Assembly (NCBI GenBank): GCA_040753215.1
Contig: JBFMEZ010000005.1
Location: 1 to 61,835, forward strand
Source: Candidatus Micrarchaeota archaeon
GTDB taxonomy: Archaea > Micrarchaeota > Micrarchaeia > Anstonellales > Bilamarchaeaceae
Reading direction: 5' to 3'
DNA: 61,835 nt
Shown here: positions 47,920 to 57,511 of the stretch, one piece after another
Position numbering within the stretch: position 1 is the first letter of the stretch
Layout: every line of letters begins with the position of its first letter
Made by a program: the position numbers and the translations under genes
The notes under the pieces: model-generated
Seen by the model: the letters and a program-made list of their open reading frames with translations, nothing else
Databases searched by the model: none
What the model was told of the DNA's origin: nothing

Positions 47920-48849
47920 ATGCGGTCAGAACCAGTTTCCCGTTTTCAGTTTCCAGTTTCCAGCCTCGCAATTCTGCCGGCAGCCCTTTTGCTTCTGGCG
48001 GGCTGTGTCCAGCAGGCGCAGCCACCCGCCCCCCAGCCGGAGCCCCCCGACTATTCCTACGACCTGCTCGTGAAGGACATCTCCACGCTGCCCCGGAACG
48101 TCTACATCGGGGACGACTACACCGTGATGGTGTATGTACAGAGGTACGGGAGGTATGCGCCTGCCGCATACCGCCTCCGCGTCTTCGATTCCGACCAGAC
48201 GCTCTACGACGGCGTGGTGGACACGCCGGGGCTCATGGAGGCGTTCTCCTTCAACTACACGGGCGCGGGCGAGGAGCCCCGCAACATACGCGCCTACGTG
48301 GAGAGCTACGACCTCCTCCATCCGGAGCCGGAATCCGCCCTGCCCAACAATTTCATGCAGAAGACCATAAGGCCCCAGCCGCTCGGCTACTACGGCGAGT
48401 GCTACGCGTGCATGCACCTTTATTACGATGCAGTAAATTATGTGATGAGGCAGGCGCAGGCATTCACGCACGGGCGCAGCTTTACGGTGCACAGGGTAGG
48501 GATGTACCTCCGCTCGTCCACGGACATCCCCGGAACCGCGCCCGTGATAGTGGAGATACGCAGGGACAACGGCGGAAAGCCGGGGGAGCCCATCGCCTCC
48601 TCTTCCATAGCCGGCGCGGAGGTTGGCGCCGAGCCGGGCTGGCACTACGCATATTTCCAGAACCTCACTCTTCCCGCGGGCAAATACTGGATAGTGGCCA
48701 GGCTGGACAGCACGGACGGCTACGGCGTGCAGTGGGCGAGGGCAGAGGGGAACCCCTACGGGGAGATGTACGATACAATGGTGATGGACCTCATGGACTG
48801 GCCGGAATGGGACTACAAGCTTTTCGATTTCGTCTTCCAGATATACTGA
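47920..48849 (+). CDS. secreted beta-rich lipoprotein
   Basis: lipobox LAGC; Tyr-rich beta-strand segments. Confidence 0.7.
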   Translation: MRSEPVSRFQFPVSSLAILPAALLLLAGCVQQAQPPAPQPEPPDYSYDLLVKDISTLPRNVYIGDDYTVMVYVQRYGRYAPAAYRLRVFDSDQTLYDGVVDTPGLMEAFSFNYTGAGEEPRNIRAYVESYDLLHPEPESALPNNFMQKTIRPQPLGYYGECYACMHLYYDAVNYVMRQAQAFTHGRSFTVHRVGMYLRSSTDIPGTAPVIVEIRRDNGGKPGEPIASSSIAGAEVGAEPGWHYAYFQNLTLPAGKYWIVARLDSTDGYGVQWARAEGNPYGEMYDTMVMDLMDWPEWDYKLFDFVFQIY

Positions 48850-48942
48850 TTTTTATATTGTCCGCGCCAAATCCCCACGGATGATGAGCACTCGGATGGG
48901 CTGACTTATCTATCGGATGATGAAAATCTTGAGTGCTGAGGT

Positions 48943-50010
48943 TCATTCCAGCCTCTTCGGCAGCCATCCCCTGCTCTGCACCCACCAGAACGATATAAGA
49001 GTCGCCACCACGGTGGAGCCGACGAGCAGCGCCGTGTACCAGCCCGCGTCCTGCGGCCCCATCTGGAACGCCGGGTTGGAGAGCACGGTCGCGATGGTGT
49101 TCGGCACGAGCACCGCGGTGCCTATCACGGCAAGGTAGGCGGTAATCATCGCCATCTTGTTGTTCAGGATCTGCAGCTGGTTGTTGTATATGCTCTGCAG
49201 CACCTCGAGCCCGGAGGCGAGTACCTCGCTCAGGTGCTCCGCGAGCGAAATCTGGTTGTTCACATCCGTGGCGAGCGCGCCAAGCCGCGCAAGCAGCCGC
49301 GGGTCGTTCGTGAGCAGCTCCGCATCCCCGTACCGCAGCGCGTTTATCACATCCACGGTCGCCCACAGCGCGTCCAGGTAAGAGAGCAGCGCGTGCTTCA
49401 TGTGGTATATCTCGGTGCCGAGCATCTGCCTGGGCGCGGTCACATCGGTGAGGCTCTCGCTCAGCTTGTCACCCTGCGCCTCTATCTCCCTCAGGTGGTC
49501 GAAATTCCTCCCGTTGTTCTCGTCTATTATCCTTATGAGCGCGTGCGTTACCTTGTCCTGCTGGGAGGCGTCCACCGGAATCTTCCTCATCATCGTTTCC
49601 GCATACCTTCTCAGCCTTTCGAAGCGCACAACCTCTGCGCCGTGTATCGTAACCACGAGGTTGCTTTTGATGAGGACGAGGAGGGGGTTCGGGCTGACCT
49701 CGAATCCCTTCACAGTCACCGCGGGGATGAGCAGCCCCATCTCGTCGTCGTAATCCACGTACCCCGAAATCCTGCCGTCCAGGAGGTTCGCGACGAGCGA
49801 GCGGGAGAAGTCCAGCGAGCGCGCTATGTCCTCCGCCTCCTTCTTCATGTCGTCAACGACAAAATCTGCCCACGAGACAGAGGACCATGCGATTAGTTTC
49901 GTAAAATCAGTGGGCCTGCGCCCCACCTGCTTTATCGTCGTCCCGTCCCTCAGGAGCGACGCGCAGAAGGCCTTCGCTTCGGTGATGCTTGCGCCTTCCG
50001 CCTTATCCAT
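48943..50010 (-). CDS. CorA-family divalent cation transporter-like protein
   Basis: long helical stalk, LNNKM, two C-terminal TMs; canonical GMN motif not seen. Confidence 0.75.
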   Translation of the reverse strand: MDKAEGASITEAKAFCASLLRDGTTIKQVGRRPTDFTKLIAWSSVSWADFVVDDMKKEAEDIARSLDFSRSLVANLLDGRISGYVDYDDEMGLLIPAVTVKGFEVSPNPLLVLIKSNLVVTIHGAEVVRFERLRRYAETMMRKIPVDASQQDKVTHALIRIIDENNGRNFDHLREIEAQGDKLSESLTDVTAPRQMLGTEIYHMKHALLSYLDALWATVDVINALRYGDAELLTNDPRLLARLGALATDVNNQISLAEHLSEVLASGLEVLQSIYNNQLQILNNKMAMITAYLAVIGTAVLVPNTIATVLSNPAFQMGPQDAGWYTALLVGSTVVATLISFWWVQSRGWLPKRLE

Positions 50011-50029
50011 AGGACCGCCTCGGGACGGA

Positions 50030-51211
50030 TTACCTTGAAGCGCTCTCTTTAAGAGCTTTTAGGGCGGGCAGCTCCTTTCCGCCCAGGTATTCGATGAGCG
50101 CCTTCCCGGATAGGCTCACATACCCGAAGTTCCCCTCGGGAATCCCGAACTTCTCCATCGCGGTGATTGTGTGCCCGCCTCCCACAAGCGAGAATGCCCC
50201 GCTCTCCGCGACCGCCTCCAGTATCTTCCTCGTCCCGGTGTCGAATTTCGGCACCTCATATACCCCCATCGGGCCGTTTACGAGTATCTTTCTCGTATTG
50301 AATATTTCTTCGGAATATCTCTCTATCGTTTCTTCCCCTATGTCAAAGATGGGCCCTTCCCCGAGCGCATCCGCCCTGCTCTCCACCCTCTCCCCTTCCA
50401 CGTTCAGCGCCACATCCTCAGGAATGTAGATGCGGCCGCGGTATTTCTCCAGGAGCTCCTTCGCCTCGGCAAGGAATCCGCCCAGCCCCTCTTTCTCTAT
50501 GTATTTCGCTGACGCCTCGTTCCTGTACCCGTCCGCATACAGGAAAAGCACGGCCACCGCCCCGCCTATGAGCACTCTGCTCGCCCTCCCCTCCGCAAGC
50601 CATTTGCTCATTATCCTGATGGAATCCTTTGCCTTGCCTCCCCCGATTATGAGCAATACTTCCCCTCCCTCCATCTTCTTCAGGGCGGTGAGCTCGTTCT
50701 TCAGCACGAACCCCACCCCGCTCTTCACGTATTTCGTGAGCCCCACGACCGATGCGTGCTCCCTGTGCGCAACGCTCATCGCGTCCAGCAGGTAGATGTC
50801 CGCGTTCCGCGAAAGCACCCTGGTGAGGGGGTTGTTCTCTATCTCCTTCTCCTCGTTCTCCCACATCCGCGCATTCTCAAGGACCAGTATCTCCCCCGGC
50901 TTCATTTCCGAGATTTCCTTCTCCACCCTCGCCTCGTCCGTGCCCGGGATGAAGCGCACCTCCTTCCCGGTTAGCTCCCCTATGATTTCCGCATGCCCCT
51001 CCAGGCTCAGGAAATCCGGGTCGCCCTTCCTCCCCTGGTGCGCGGTCACTATTACTTTCGCCCCGCGGTCGCTGAGCTCCCTTATGCTTTCGGCGTGCCT
51101 CCTTATCCTCGGGTTAATCACGATATTCCCGTTCTCGTCCACAGGGGAATTGATGTCCACCCTCTTCACAATCCGCTTCCCGCTGACTTCGAAGTGCTCA
51201 ATCTCGCGCAT
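50030..51211 (-). CDS. pgk: phosphoglycerate kinase
   Basis: RVDINSP, HQGR, LEN.R, AHREHAS, NGPMGVYE, GGGHT. Confidence 0.92.
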   Translation of the reverse strand: MREIEHFEVSGKRIVKRVDINSPVDENGNIVINPRIRRHAESIRELSDRGAKVIVTAHQGRKGDPDFLSLEGHAEIIGELTGKEVRFIPGTDEARVEKEISEMKPGEILVLENARMWENEEKEIENNPLTRVLSRNADIYLLDAMSVAHREHASVVGLTKYVKSGVGFVLKNELTALKKMEGGEVLLIIGGGKAKDSIRIMSKWLAEGRASRVLIGGAVAVLFLYADGYRNEASAKYIEKEGLGGFLAEAKELLEKYRGRIYIPEDVALNVEGERVESRADALGEGPIFDIGEETIERYSEEIFNTRKILVNGPMGVYEVPKFDTGTRKILEAVAESGAFSLVGGGHTITAMEKFGIPEGNFGYVSLSGKALIEYLGGKELPALKALKESASR

Positions 51212-51338
51212 AGGAATCCCACGAATGAGAATATCTCCGCTCCCGGTTTTTTATTCCTTTCTATGATGCAAACAGCTTCTGGCGGTTCCCTGTTTCCAGT
51301 TTTCCGTTTCCGGTTTCCAGTCAGGCAACCGGAAGCTA

Positions 51339-51512
51339 GTGAACCTCCTCGGCATAAAGGCCGTGGCTTCCTCACACCTTGTAGCCGCACCCAATGGCTA
51401 GGCAGACCTATCGCCGCCACGCAGGCGACTACAAGGTGTGACCGAGCCGTGGAGGTTCAGTGAACCAAACCTCCGCTCTCTTTCCCCACTTCCGCTCTGG
51501 AGGTTTGGTCCA
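51339..51512. mobile_element. two abutting hairpin elements (IS605-end-like 51339-51459; TGAACCAAACCTCC family 51461-51512)
   Basis: similar to 31760-31962 (inverted) and to 56729-56782. Confidence 0.75.
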
Positions 51513-52146
51513 GGGAGCCGGAAACTCTTTCCTCAGCTCCCACCCTGGCCGAGGCCCCTTCCACGCCTTCCATCCACACCGCACCCAGGCGCTCAAGCTC
51601 GTCAGGGGTCAGCCTCACGAATTCCACTTTCCCCTTCCCTGATTCGAAAAGAATCTCCGTCAGCCCGCCGGTGAGCATCTCCATTATCCTGTCCGCAGAT
51701 TTGCTCCACTGGCGCGGGCTCATATTCCCCCGCCTGTACATCTCAAAAAGGGCGTCCCCAACCGCATCGGCGGTTTCCGCGCGGATGCCGTCCTCGCCCC
51801 CGCTCACGCCCAGCCGTGCGTCCCATTCCACCTCAAGCTTCACAACCAGCCCCGTGTCCCCGCACGAAAGCGCCCTCTGCCTTTCGAGCACATATCCTTC
51901 CCGCGCCCTCTGCAGCTCCCTCACCCTTATGAGAAAATCGTCCAGTATGAGTGCGCACGCAAGCGGCCAGTCTCCCCCCCGCCTGGCCTCCATTATCTCC
52001 CTTTGCAGCCCCGTGCGGCTCCTTATCGCTTTTGCCTCCACAAGCGCCCTCATCGCGCCTTCCGGGCCGCGTCCCCTGCTGTTCCGGAGCGCATCGGTTA
52101 TGAGCATTCTCCTTTCCATCATACCACGCAGTATTACTGTGTCCAT
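51457..52146 (-). CDS. hypothetical protein with repeat-derived C-terminus
   Basis: 229-aa ORF; last codons overlap the hairpin element. Confidence 0.6.
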   Translation of the reverse strand: MDTVILRGMMERRMLITDALRNSRGRGPEGAMRALVEAKAIRSRTGLQREIMEARRGGDWPLACALILDDFLIRVRELQRAREGYVLERQRALSCGDTGLVVKLEVEWDARLGVSGGEDGIRAETADAVGDALFEMYRRGNMSPRQWSKSADRIMEMLTGGLTEILFESGKGKVEFVRLTPDELERLGAVWMEGVEGASARVGAEERVSGSLDQTSRAEVGKESGGLVH

Positions 52147-52214
52147 TTATGTTTTTAAATGCTCCCTTTCACACTTAGGCAAATTTAAAAACACTTTTAC
52201 TCCAGCTTAATGCG

Positions 52215-52772
52215 ATGGGAAGCAGGAAGGCGTTCATATTCTCGCTCGATTCGTTCGTCGCATTCACGCTGACGGTGGCCGCGATATACACGCTGATTTT
52301 TTTCTCAACGGTCCCTTCCGCGTATTATTCATCCCTCATGCAGGCGAACTACCTCGCGAAGGACACCCTCCTCGCGCTCGCGACGACCTCTTTCGACGAG
52401 GAGCAGGCATATCTCGATTACATAATAGGCGAGCTTCCGGAGAACAGGGCCCCGGCGAGGAAGTATGCAGGCGCCCTCATCCCGGCGCAGTTCGGCTACA
52501 GGCTGGAAACCTGGGATGAGGAGGCGGGCAGCTGGACACTGATGTACGACACTGCGGACGACCCCGCTTCAAAAAACAAGAAAGAATACCACAAGCTGAA
52601 GGCGACCGCCCAGTCCCTCTACCTGGTCGTGGACGAGCCGAGGGACCCGGGAAGCAGCCCCTACGGGTACATAACCTGCAGCGGGCCGTATACGGTGTGC
52701 GGAACCCCTCCCTACGAATATGAGACGGGGGACGTTTCGCTCCAGCTGGTGAGGCTTACGGTGTACACATGA
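52215..52772 (+). CDS. class III signal-peptide (pilin-like) protein
   Basis: RKA|FIFSLDSF followed by a hydrophobic helix. Confidence 0.75.
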   Translation: MGSRKAFIFSLDSFVAFTLTVAAIYTLIFFSTVPSAYYSSLMQANYLAKDTLLALATTSFDEEQAYLDYIIGELPENRAPARKYAGALIPAQFGYRLETWDEEAGSWTLMYDTADDPASKNKKEYHKLKATAQSLYLVVDEPRDPGSSPYGYITCSGPYTVCGTPPYEYETGDVSLQLVRLTVYT

Positions 52773-54385
52773 GATTCACAAGCAGGAAAGGGTTCTTCTT
52801 CGTGCTCATCTCATTCATACTGCTTTCCTACATACTCATCTCCACATACTCGTGGGTGCGCGCAATCGAAACCTCGGAGCGCACCTACTCGGACGCGTTC
52901 CGCGCCTCTTCCCTCACCACCCTCGCGGAGCAGGTGAGCGAGCAGAGGGTGGACAGGTATGCGGACATGGCCGCGCACTACACGCTCTACAAGCTGGTGA
53001 ATTACTCCGTGGGCAACGAGCTCCTTGACGAGAGGGGCGACGAGTATTCCCACATACGCGCCGCATATTTCGAGCTGCTATCCAACTGCACGACGGGCGC
53101 GGGGCATTTCCTGGACAACACCGTCCCGCCCGCATCCTATTCCGCGGGCGAGGCGGAAACCTACTGCTTCAGGGGCTTCCTCGGCCAGCTCAACTCCTCC
53201 CTTTCGAATAGCGGCTTCGAGGTGGAGTCCTTCTCCCTTTCCAACTTTTCCCTGAACGAGACCGCCCACCCGCTGGAGCTTGAGATGAACCTCACCCTCT
53301 ACCTCCGCATAAAGGACCTGCAGACCGACACCTCCATAAACCGCACCTACCACATCTCCCGCATTGTGAATGCGACCGGCATGATGGATCCGCTCCTCGC
53401 GAGGCAGAGCATAAGGCAGCTCAGGGAGGGCGCGCTCGCAAACGCAACCATCTACAAGGGAATGTACCTTTATCCCTCGGACCTGCCGTTCGGGGAGGCG
53501 CACACGGAATTCTACCCGCAGAAGCGCGGGCAGGGCTCGGCGGGCCAGGGATGGTTCTACGGCAACCTCATCCTTGCGGAGGATGCGGGCAGGGTGCGCG
53601 AGGACCTGCGCGACCGCGCAATCCTCATCGGCAATTACAGCGACATAATCTCGGTCCAGGATTACCAGGGTTTCGGCGCATACATCCAGACCGACGCGCC
53701 GGAAAGGAGCCAGACCGAATGCGGAACCGAGGAATTCGATACGTTCAACGCGATAGACCCCGGGAGCAGGGACGCCTCCGGGAGATGCCCGGACCCCGTT
53801 ATAAAAGACGCGATTGAGCAGCCCTTCGTGGTCTATGAGGATTTCATGGACGATGTTTATGGGGATGCCTACGGCCCCGGCTCTTTCCGCTATATCCTTT
53901 TTGTTGCGCAGAGCTCCTACACCGAAGTCCTCGACAGCCCGGATGAGAAGGACAACCCCGTTTTCGTTTATGATGTGGAAAAGCTCAGGGATTTCACGAG
54001 ATGCTCCTATTATGTGGTGCATGCGGATGCCGCGCCCTCCTTCCTCCAGAGGCTGCTGGTAAACGGGTATGAGCGCACCAGCCCCATCGGGCTTGAGACC
54101 CTCGTGGTGGGGAGATGGGCGGGAGGCGCGGACAACCCCGGCTGGAACGATTACAGCCGCGTGGACAGGGAATTCTTCGGCAACGTGGAGGGCGAGAAGA
54201 TAAGGGGAATGCCCGGGTGCAAGGACTGGTACATGTGCGCGGACAGGGATGCGCTGGTTTCGGACGTGGGCAGTTTCAGGCTGGGAACTCCGGAATCCAC
54301 TGAGTTCTACCTAGGGACCAGCGACACGGATGATGAGAATTACATAGGGTGCGATGATGAGAAAGCCTCATGCGAAGAGCCTTAA
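52769..54385 (+). CDS. large class III signal-peptide protein (putative pilus adhesin or minor pilin)
   Basis: RKG|FFFVLISF; acidic, Cys-containing ectodomain. Confidence 0.72.
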   Translation: MRFTSRKGFFFVLISFILLSYILISTYSWVRAIETSERTYSDAFRASSLTTLAEQVSEQRVDRYADMAAHYTLYKLVNYSVGNELLDERGDEYSHIRAAYFELLSNCTTGAGHFLDNTVPPASYSAGEAETYCFRGFLGQLNSSLSNSGFEVESFSLSNFSLNETAHPLELEMNLTLYLRIKDLQTDTSINRTYHISRIVNATGMMDPLLARQSIRQLREGALANATIYKGMYLYPSDLPFGEAHTEFYPQKRGQGSAGQGWFYGNLILAEDAGRVREDLRDRAILIGNYSDIISVQDYQGFGAYIQTDAPERSQTECGTEEFDTFNAIDPGSRDASGRCPDPVIKDAIEQPFVVYEDFMDDVYGDAYGPGSFRYILFVAQSSYTEVLDSPDEKDNPVFVYDVEKLRDFTRCSYYVVHADAAPSFLQRLLVNGYERTSPIGLETLVVGRWAGGADNPGWNDYSRVDREFFGNVEGEKIRGMPGCKDWYMCADRDALVSDVGSFRLGTPESTEFYLGTSDTDDENYIGCDDEKASCEEP

Positions 54386-54812
54386 GGGACAGTCTGCGGT
54401 GGAGATGCTTGCCACCGTAGGGTTAGTGCTCCTGCTCCTCATCCCGGTCCTTTTCCTCCTTCTTGTCGGCGCACAGGTGAGGTTCGAGAGCATCTCCCAG
54501 ATACAGGCGGCTTCAGCGGCGCGCATAATCGCGGATTCGATAAATGAAGTTTATATAGAGGGCCCGGGCGCCGCAAAGGTGGCAGTCGTGAACATCCCGT
54601 CAAACGCGAAGAACATAACCTTCTCGGAGAGGGAGGTTGTGATAAACCTTGAAACCCGCGCCGGGATGGCGGAGATAACATATCCGTTTTTCGGTAAGCT
54701 TTCCTCGGCCCCCGTAATCGCCGAAAGGAGGGGGATTTTGCCGATTTCATTCGCCGCGCAGGAGGCGCAGGACGGAACCACGGTGGTGATGGTCAGCTAT
54801 GCAGGGCAGTAG
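54354..54812 (+). CDS. class III signal-peptide (pilin-like) protein
   Basis: KG|QSAVEML. Confidence 0.8.
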   Translation: MMRKPHAKSLKGQSAVEMLATVGLVLLLLIPVLFLLLVGAQVRFESISQIQAASAARIIADSINEVYIEGPGAAKVAVVNIPSNAKNITFSEREVVINLETRAGMAEITYPFFGKLSSAPVIAERRGILPISFAAQEAQDGTTVVMVSYAGQ

Positions 54813-55410
54813 AAAGTTCCCAGTCCCCGGTCAAACCATGAAGCCATGGGAGATCAGGGGAATGAATGGGCGGCTTCATGGTTTGAGTTCCCGGTTCCCA
54901 GCCCGAAACGGGAAACAGGAAACCCGGAACCGGAAGGGCCAGGTTGCGCTTGAATTCCTCGTTTATGCAGGCGTATTCCTGCTGATTGCGGTTGCCGCAT
55001 ACGCCCTCACCTACTTCACCCAGCGCGGCGAGGTCGCCTTCCGCGAGTCGCAGATGTTCAGGGAGTTCGGCTACAAGTTCCAGTATGCGGCCATCGTTGC
55101 ATACAGGGGCGGCCCGGGCTTTACATACGATTTGTATTTCGACAAGAACATAGACGGCAGGCCGTTTTCGCTCGCATTCGTCACCAGGGGCGGCGCCTCG
55201 ACCGTGAATACCGCATGGAACGGCACCTCTTCGGAATTCGCATATTTATACTCCATACCTTATGCATCATATGAGGCAGAAGGAAGCTGCGCAACGGAAT
55301 CCGGCGGGGCCGTGGAAGTGGATGGGGAGGAGGCAAACGGCCACCTCCTGTTCTCAAACGATGGCGTTGAAAGGGGGAGGGCCGTGATAACGGTGCATTG
55401 CGGTGGTTGA
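54799..55410 (+). CDS. class III signal-peptide (pilin-like) protein with repeat-expanded leader
   Basis: RKG|QVALEFL. Confidence 0.78.
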   Translation: MQGSRKFPVPGQTMKPWEIRGMNGRLHGLSSRFPARNGKQETRNRKGQVALEFLVYAGVFLLIAVAAYALTYFTQRGEVAFRESQMFREFGYKFQYAAIVAYRGGPGFTYDLYFDKNIDGRPFSLAFVTRGGASTVNTAWNGTSSEFAYLYSIPYASYEAEGSCATESGGAVEVDGEEANGHLLFSNDGVERGRAVITVHCGG

Positions 55411-55882
55411 ATTGAAGGGGCAGTATTTCAGCTTTGATGCGATAATCGGGGGCGTGATATTCATACTCACCGCCATGGCGCTCTTCTCCTACTGGTACGG
55501 GATTACCAGCGCATTCGACCAGAGGCACGAGCTGCTCGCAAAGGAGGCATTCCGCGTTTCCGAGATCCTTTTCACCCCGCTCAGCCCAGGGGTTGCGGTA
55601 GACTGGAAGGACGCCCACATCAATTCCTCAAGGCTGGTGCCGGCGTGCAGCGGGAATGCGGACCCCCGGCAGGCATTCGGCTCCGGCTATCCTGTCACAA
55701 TCTATTTCCAGGAAGTGGGCAGGGATGGCGGCATTTCGGAAATCTGCCGCTGGGGAGGGGAGGACTACCTCCGGTCGGGCAACGTTTACCGCTTCCGCAG
55801 GGCCGCGTCATACGCGGATGAGGAGCAGGAAACCTCGCTCGGCTACGTGGACATATTCGTTTATGAGCCACCCGCACAGTAA
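55403..55882 (+). CDS. class III signal-peptide (pilin-like) protein
   Basis: KG|QYFSFDAII. Confidence 0.75.
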   Translation: MVELKGQYFSFDAIIGGVIFILTAMALFSYWYGITSAFDQRHELLAKEAFRVSEILFTPLSPGVAVDWKDAHINSSRLVPACSGNADPRQAFGSGYPVTIYFQEVGRDGGISEICRWGGEDYLRSGNVYRFRRAASYADEEQETSLGYVDIFVYEPPAQ

Positions 55883-57511
55883 TCAGTTACCGGTTTCCGC
55901 ATCGCTGCGGCGATGTCTGGCAGAAACCTGCCGGTTTCCGCCATCCTGTTTTCGGTTTCCGGTTATTTTTCCGAAAAGAGAGCCGTGGTTGGAGCCGGTT
56001 ATCCTTACCATGGCCCTTTCCCCCGGCTTCGCCTTCCCGAAAACACAGACCTGCTTGTAGTTTTTCGCCCTTCCTTTCCAGTTCCCGGTCAAACCGTGAA
56101 GCCGCCCTCCCGTTCCCCTGTTCGTCCCTGGCTTCACTGAACCAAACCTCCGCTCTTCCAAACCAAACGCCCGCTCTCTTTGCCCACTTCGGCTCCTGGC
56201 GTTTGGTTTGTCCTGCCCTTCCGTTGCTCTGGAGGTTTGGTTCACGGTTTGAGTTCCCGGTTTCCCGTTTCCTTTTCCCTTCTCCGTAATGAGCACTTCC
56301 ACCCTTCTTCCTTCGTATGCCTTGTTCTTCTCAGCCCCGATTCTGCGCACAAGCTCCGAAAGCTCCGTGCTCCTCCTCTTAACCTCGCCCGTGGGGATTT
56401 CCTTCATCTCCGCGGCTTTGGTTCCCCTCCGGGATGCGAATTTTGAAACATTCACGATGTCCGGCTTCACTTCCCTTATAAGTTCCATCGTCTTCCCGAA
56501 ATCCTTGCCCGTTTCCGTGGGATAGCCCACGATTATGTCGGTTGAGATGCACGCATCCGGGAACCTCTTCCTTATTGCCTGCACAACCTTCCTGAAATCC
56601 GCAACCGAATGCGCCCTGTTCATCTCCTTCCTCACCTTCTCGCTCCCGGTCTGCACGGGAAGATGGAAGAATTTGTAGAACTTCCCGTCCCCGAAAACCC
56701 TGAGCAGCCCGGGCAGCATCTTCTTCTCTGAACCAAACCTCCGCTCTTTCTGCCCTCCCGTTGCTCTGGAGGTTTGGTTCACATGCCCTGGATTTATCAT
56801 GCCCAATCGTATCCTGAAGTCCCCTTTCACCCTCCTTACCTCATCCAGAAGCGCAACCAGATCCGTGCCCAGATCCAGCCCATAAGCCCCCGAGTCCATC
56901 CCCGTTAGCTGGATTTCCTTCGCGCCCTTCTTCACGCCCTCTTCGACCCAGCTGCGTATCCATTTTGGGCTGTAGCTCATCAGGTAAGGCCTCGCCAATT
57001 TGGTCTGGCAGAAATAGCAGTTTCCTACGCATCCCTCCTGTATGGGTATCCGCAAAATGGGCTTTGTGAAGATTCTTGGCAAACCTTCCTTCGCCGCCTT
57101 CTCCCTAAATTCGCCTCCCTTACCCTCAGCAGCTCTCCTCACAGCATCCGCAATCCTAGCAACCGCCCCCGGATGCACAAGCACCGCCTCCGGGCATACC
57201 TTCCTCACCCTTTTCTCATTTATGGATAGGCAGCCCGCAACCACAATCCGTTTCCCCTGCTTCCTGAGCGCCTCAATCCTGGAAATAATCTTATTCTCCG
57301 TCCTTCCTTTCACGGTGCAGGTGTTCAGCACAATCACATCAGCATCGCTAACCCTCTTCGCAATGCGGAACCCGGAGTGCCTGAGCACCCCCATCATGAT
57401 GTCCGAATCAGCCTGGTTGAGTGTGCAGCCATAGGTCTCTAAATACACATGCATGGTTTGCCCACCGGTTGGGTTCTCAGTTTCGGGTTTACTGTTTCCA
57501 GCCCCGCTCAT
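55883..57511 (-). CDS. mtaB: MiaB/MtaB-family tRNA methylthiotransferase with in-frame repeat insertions (alternative start 57454)
   Basis: ETYGCTLN, NTCTV, AGC, GCVGNCYFC radical SAM motif, TDIIVGYPTET, TRAM domain. Confidence 0.9.
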   Translation of the reverse strand: MSGAGNSKPETENPTGGQTMHVYLETYGCTLNQADSDIMMGVLRHSGFRIAKRVSDADVIVLNTCTVKGRTENKIISRIEALRKQGKRIVVAGCLSINEKRVRKVCPEAVLVHPGAVARIADAVRRAAEGKGGEFREKAAKEGLPRIFTKPILRIPIQEGCVGNCYFCQTKLARPYLMSYSPKWIRSWVEEGVKKGAKEIQLTGMDSGAYGLDLGTDLVALLDEVRRVKGDFRIRLGMINPGHVNQTSRATGGQKERRFGSEKKMLPGLLRVFGDGKFYKFFHLPVQTGSEKVRKEMNRAHSVADFRKVVQAIRKRFPDACISTDIIVGYPTETGKDFGKTMELIREVKPDIVNVSKFASRRGTKAAEMKEIPTGEVKRRSTELSELVRRIGAEKNKAYEGRRVEVLITEKGKGNGKPGTQTVNQTSRATEGQDKPNARSRSGQRERAFGLEERRFGSVKPGTNRGTGGRLHGLTGNWKGRAKNYKQVCVFGKAKPGERAMVRITGSNHGSLFGKITGNRKQDGGNRQVSARHRRSDAETGN

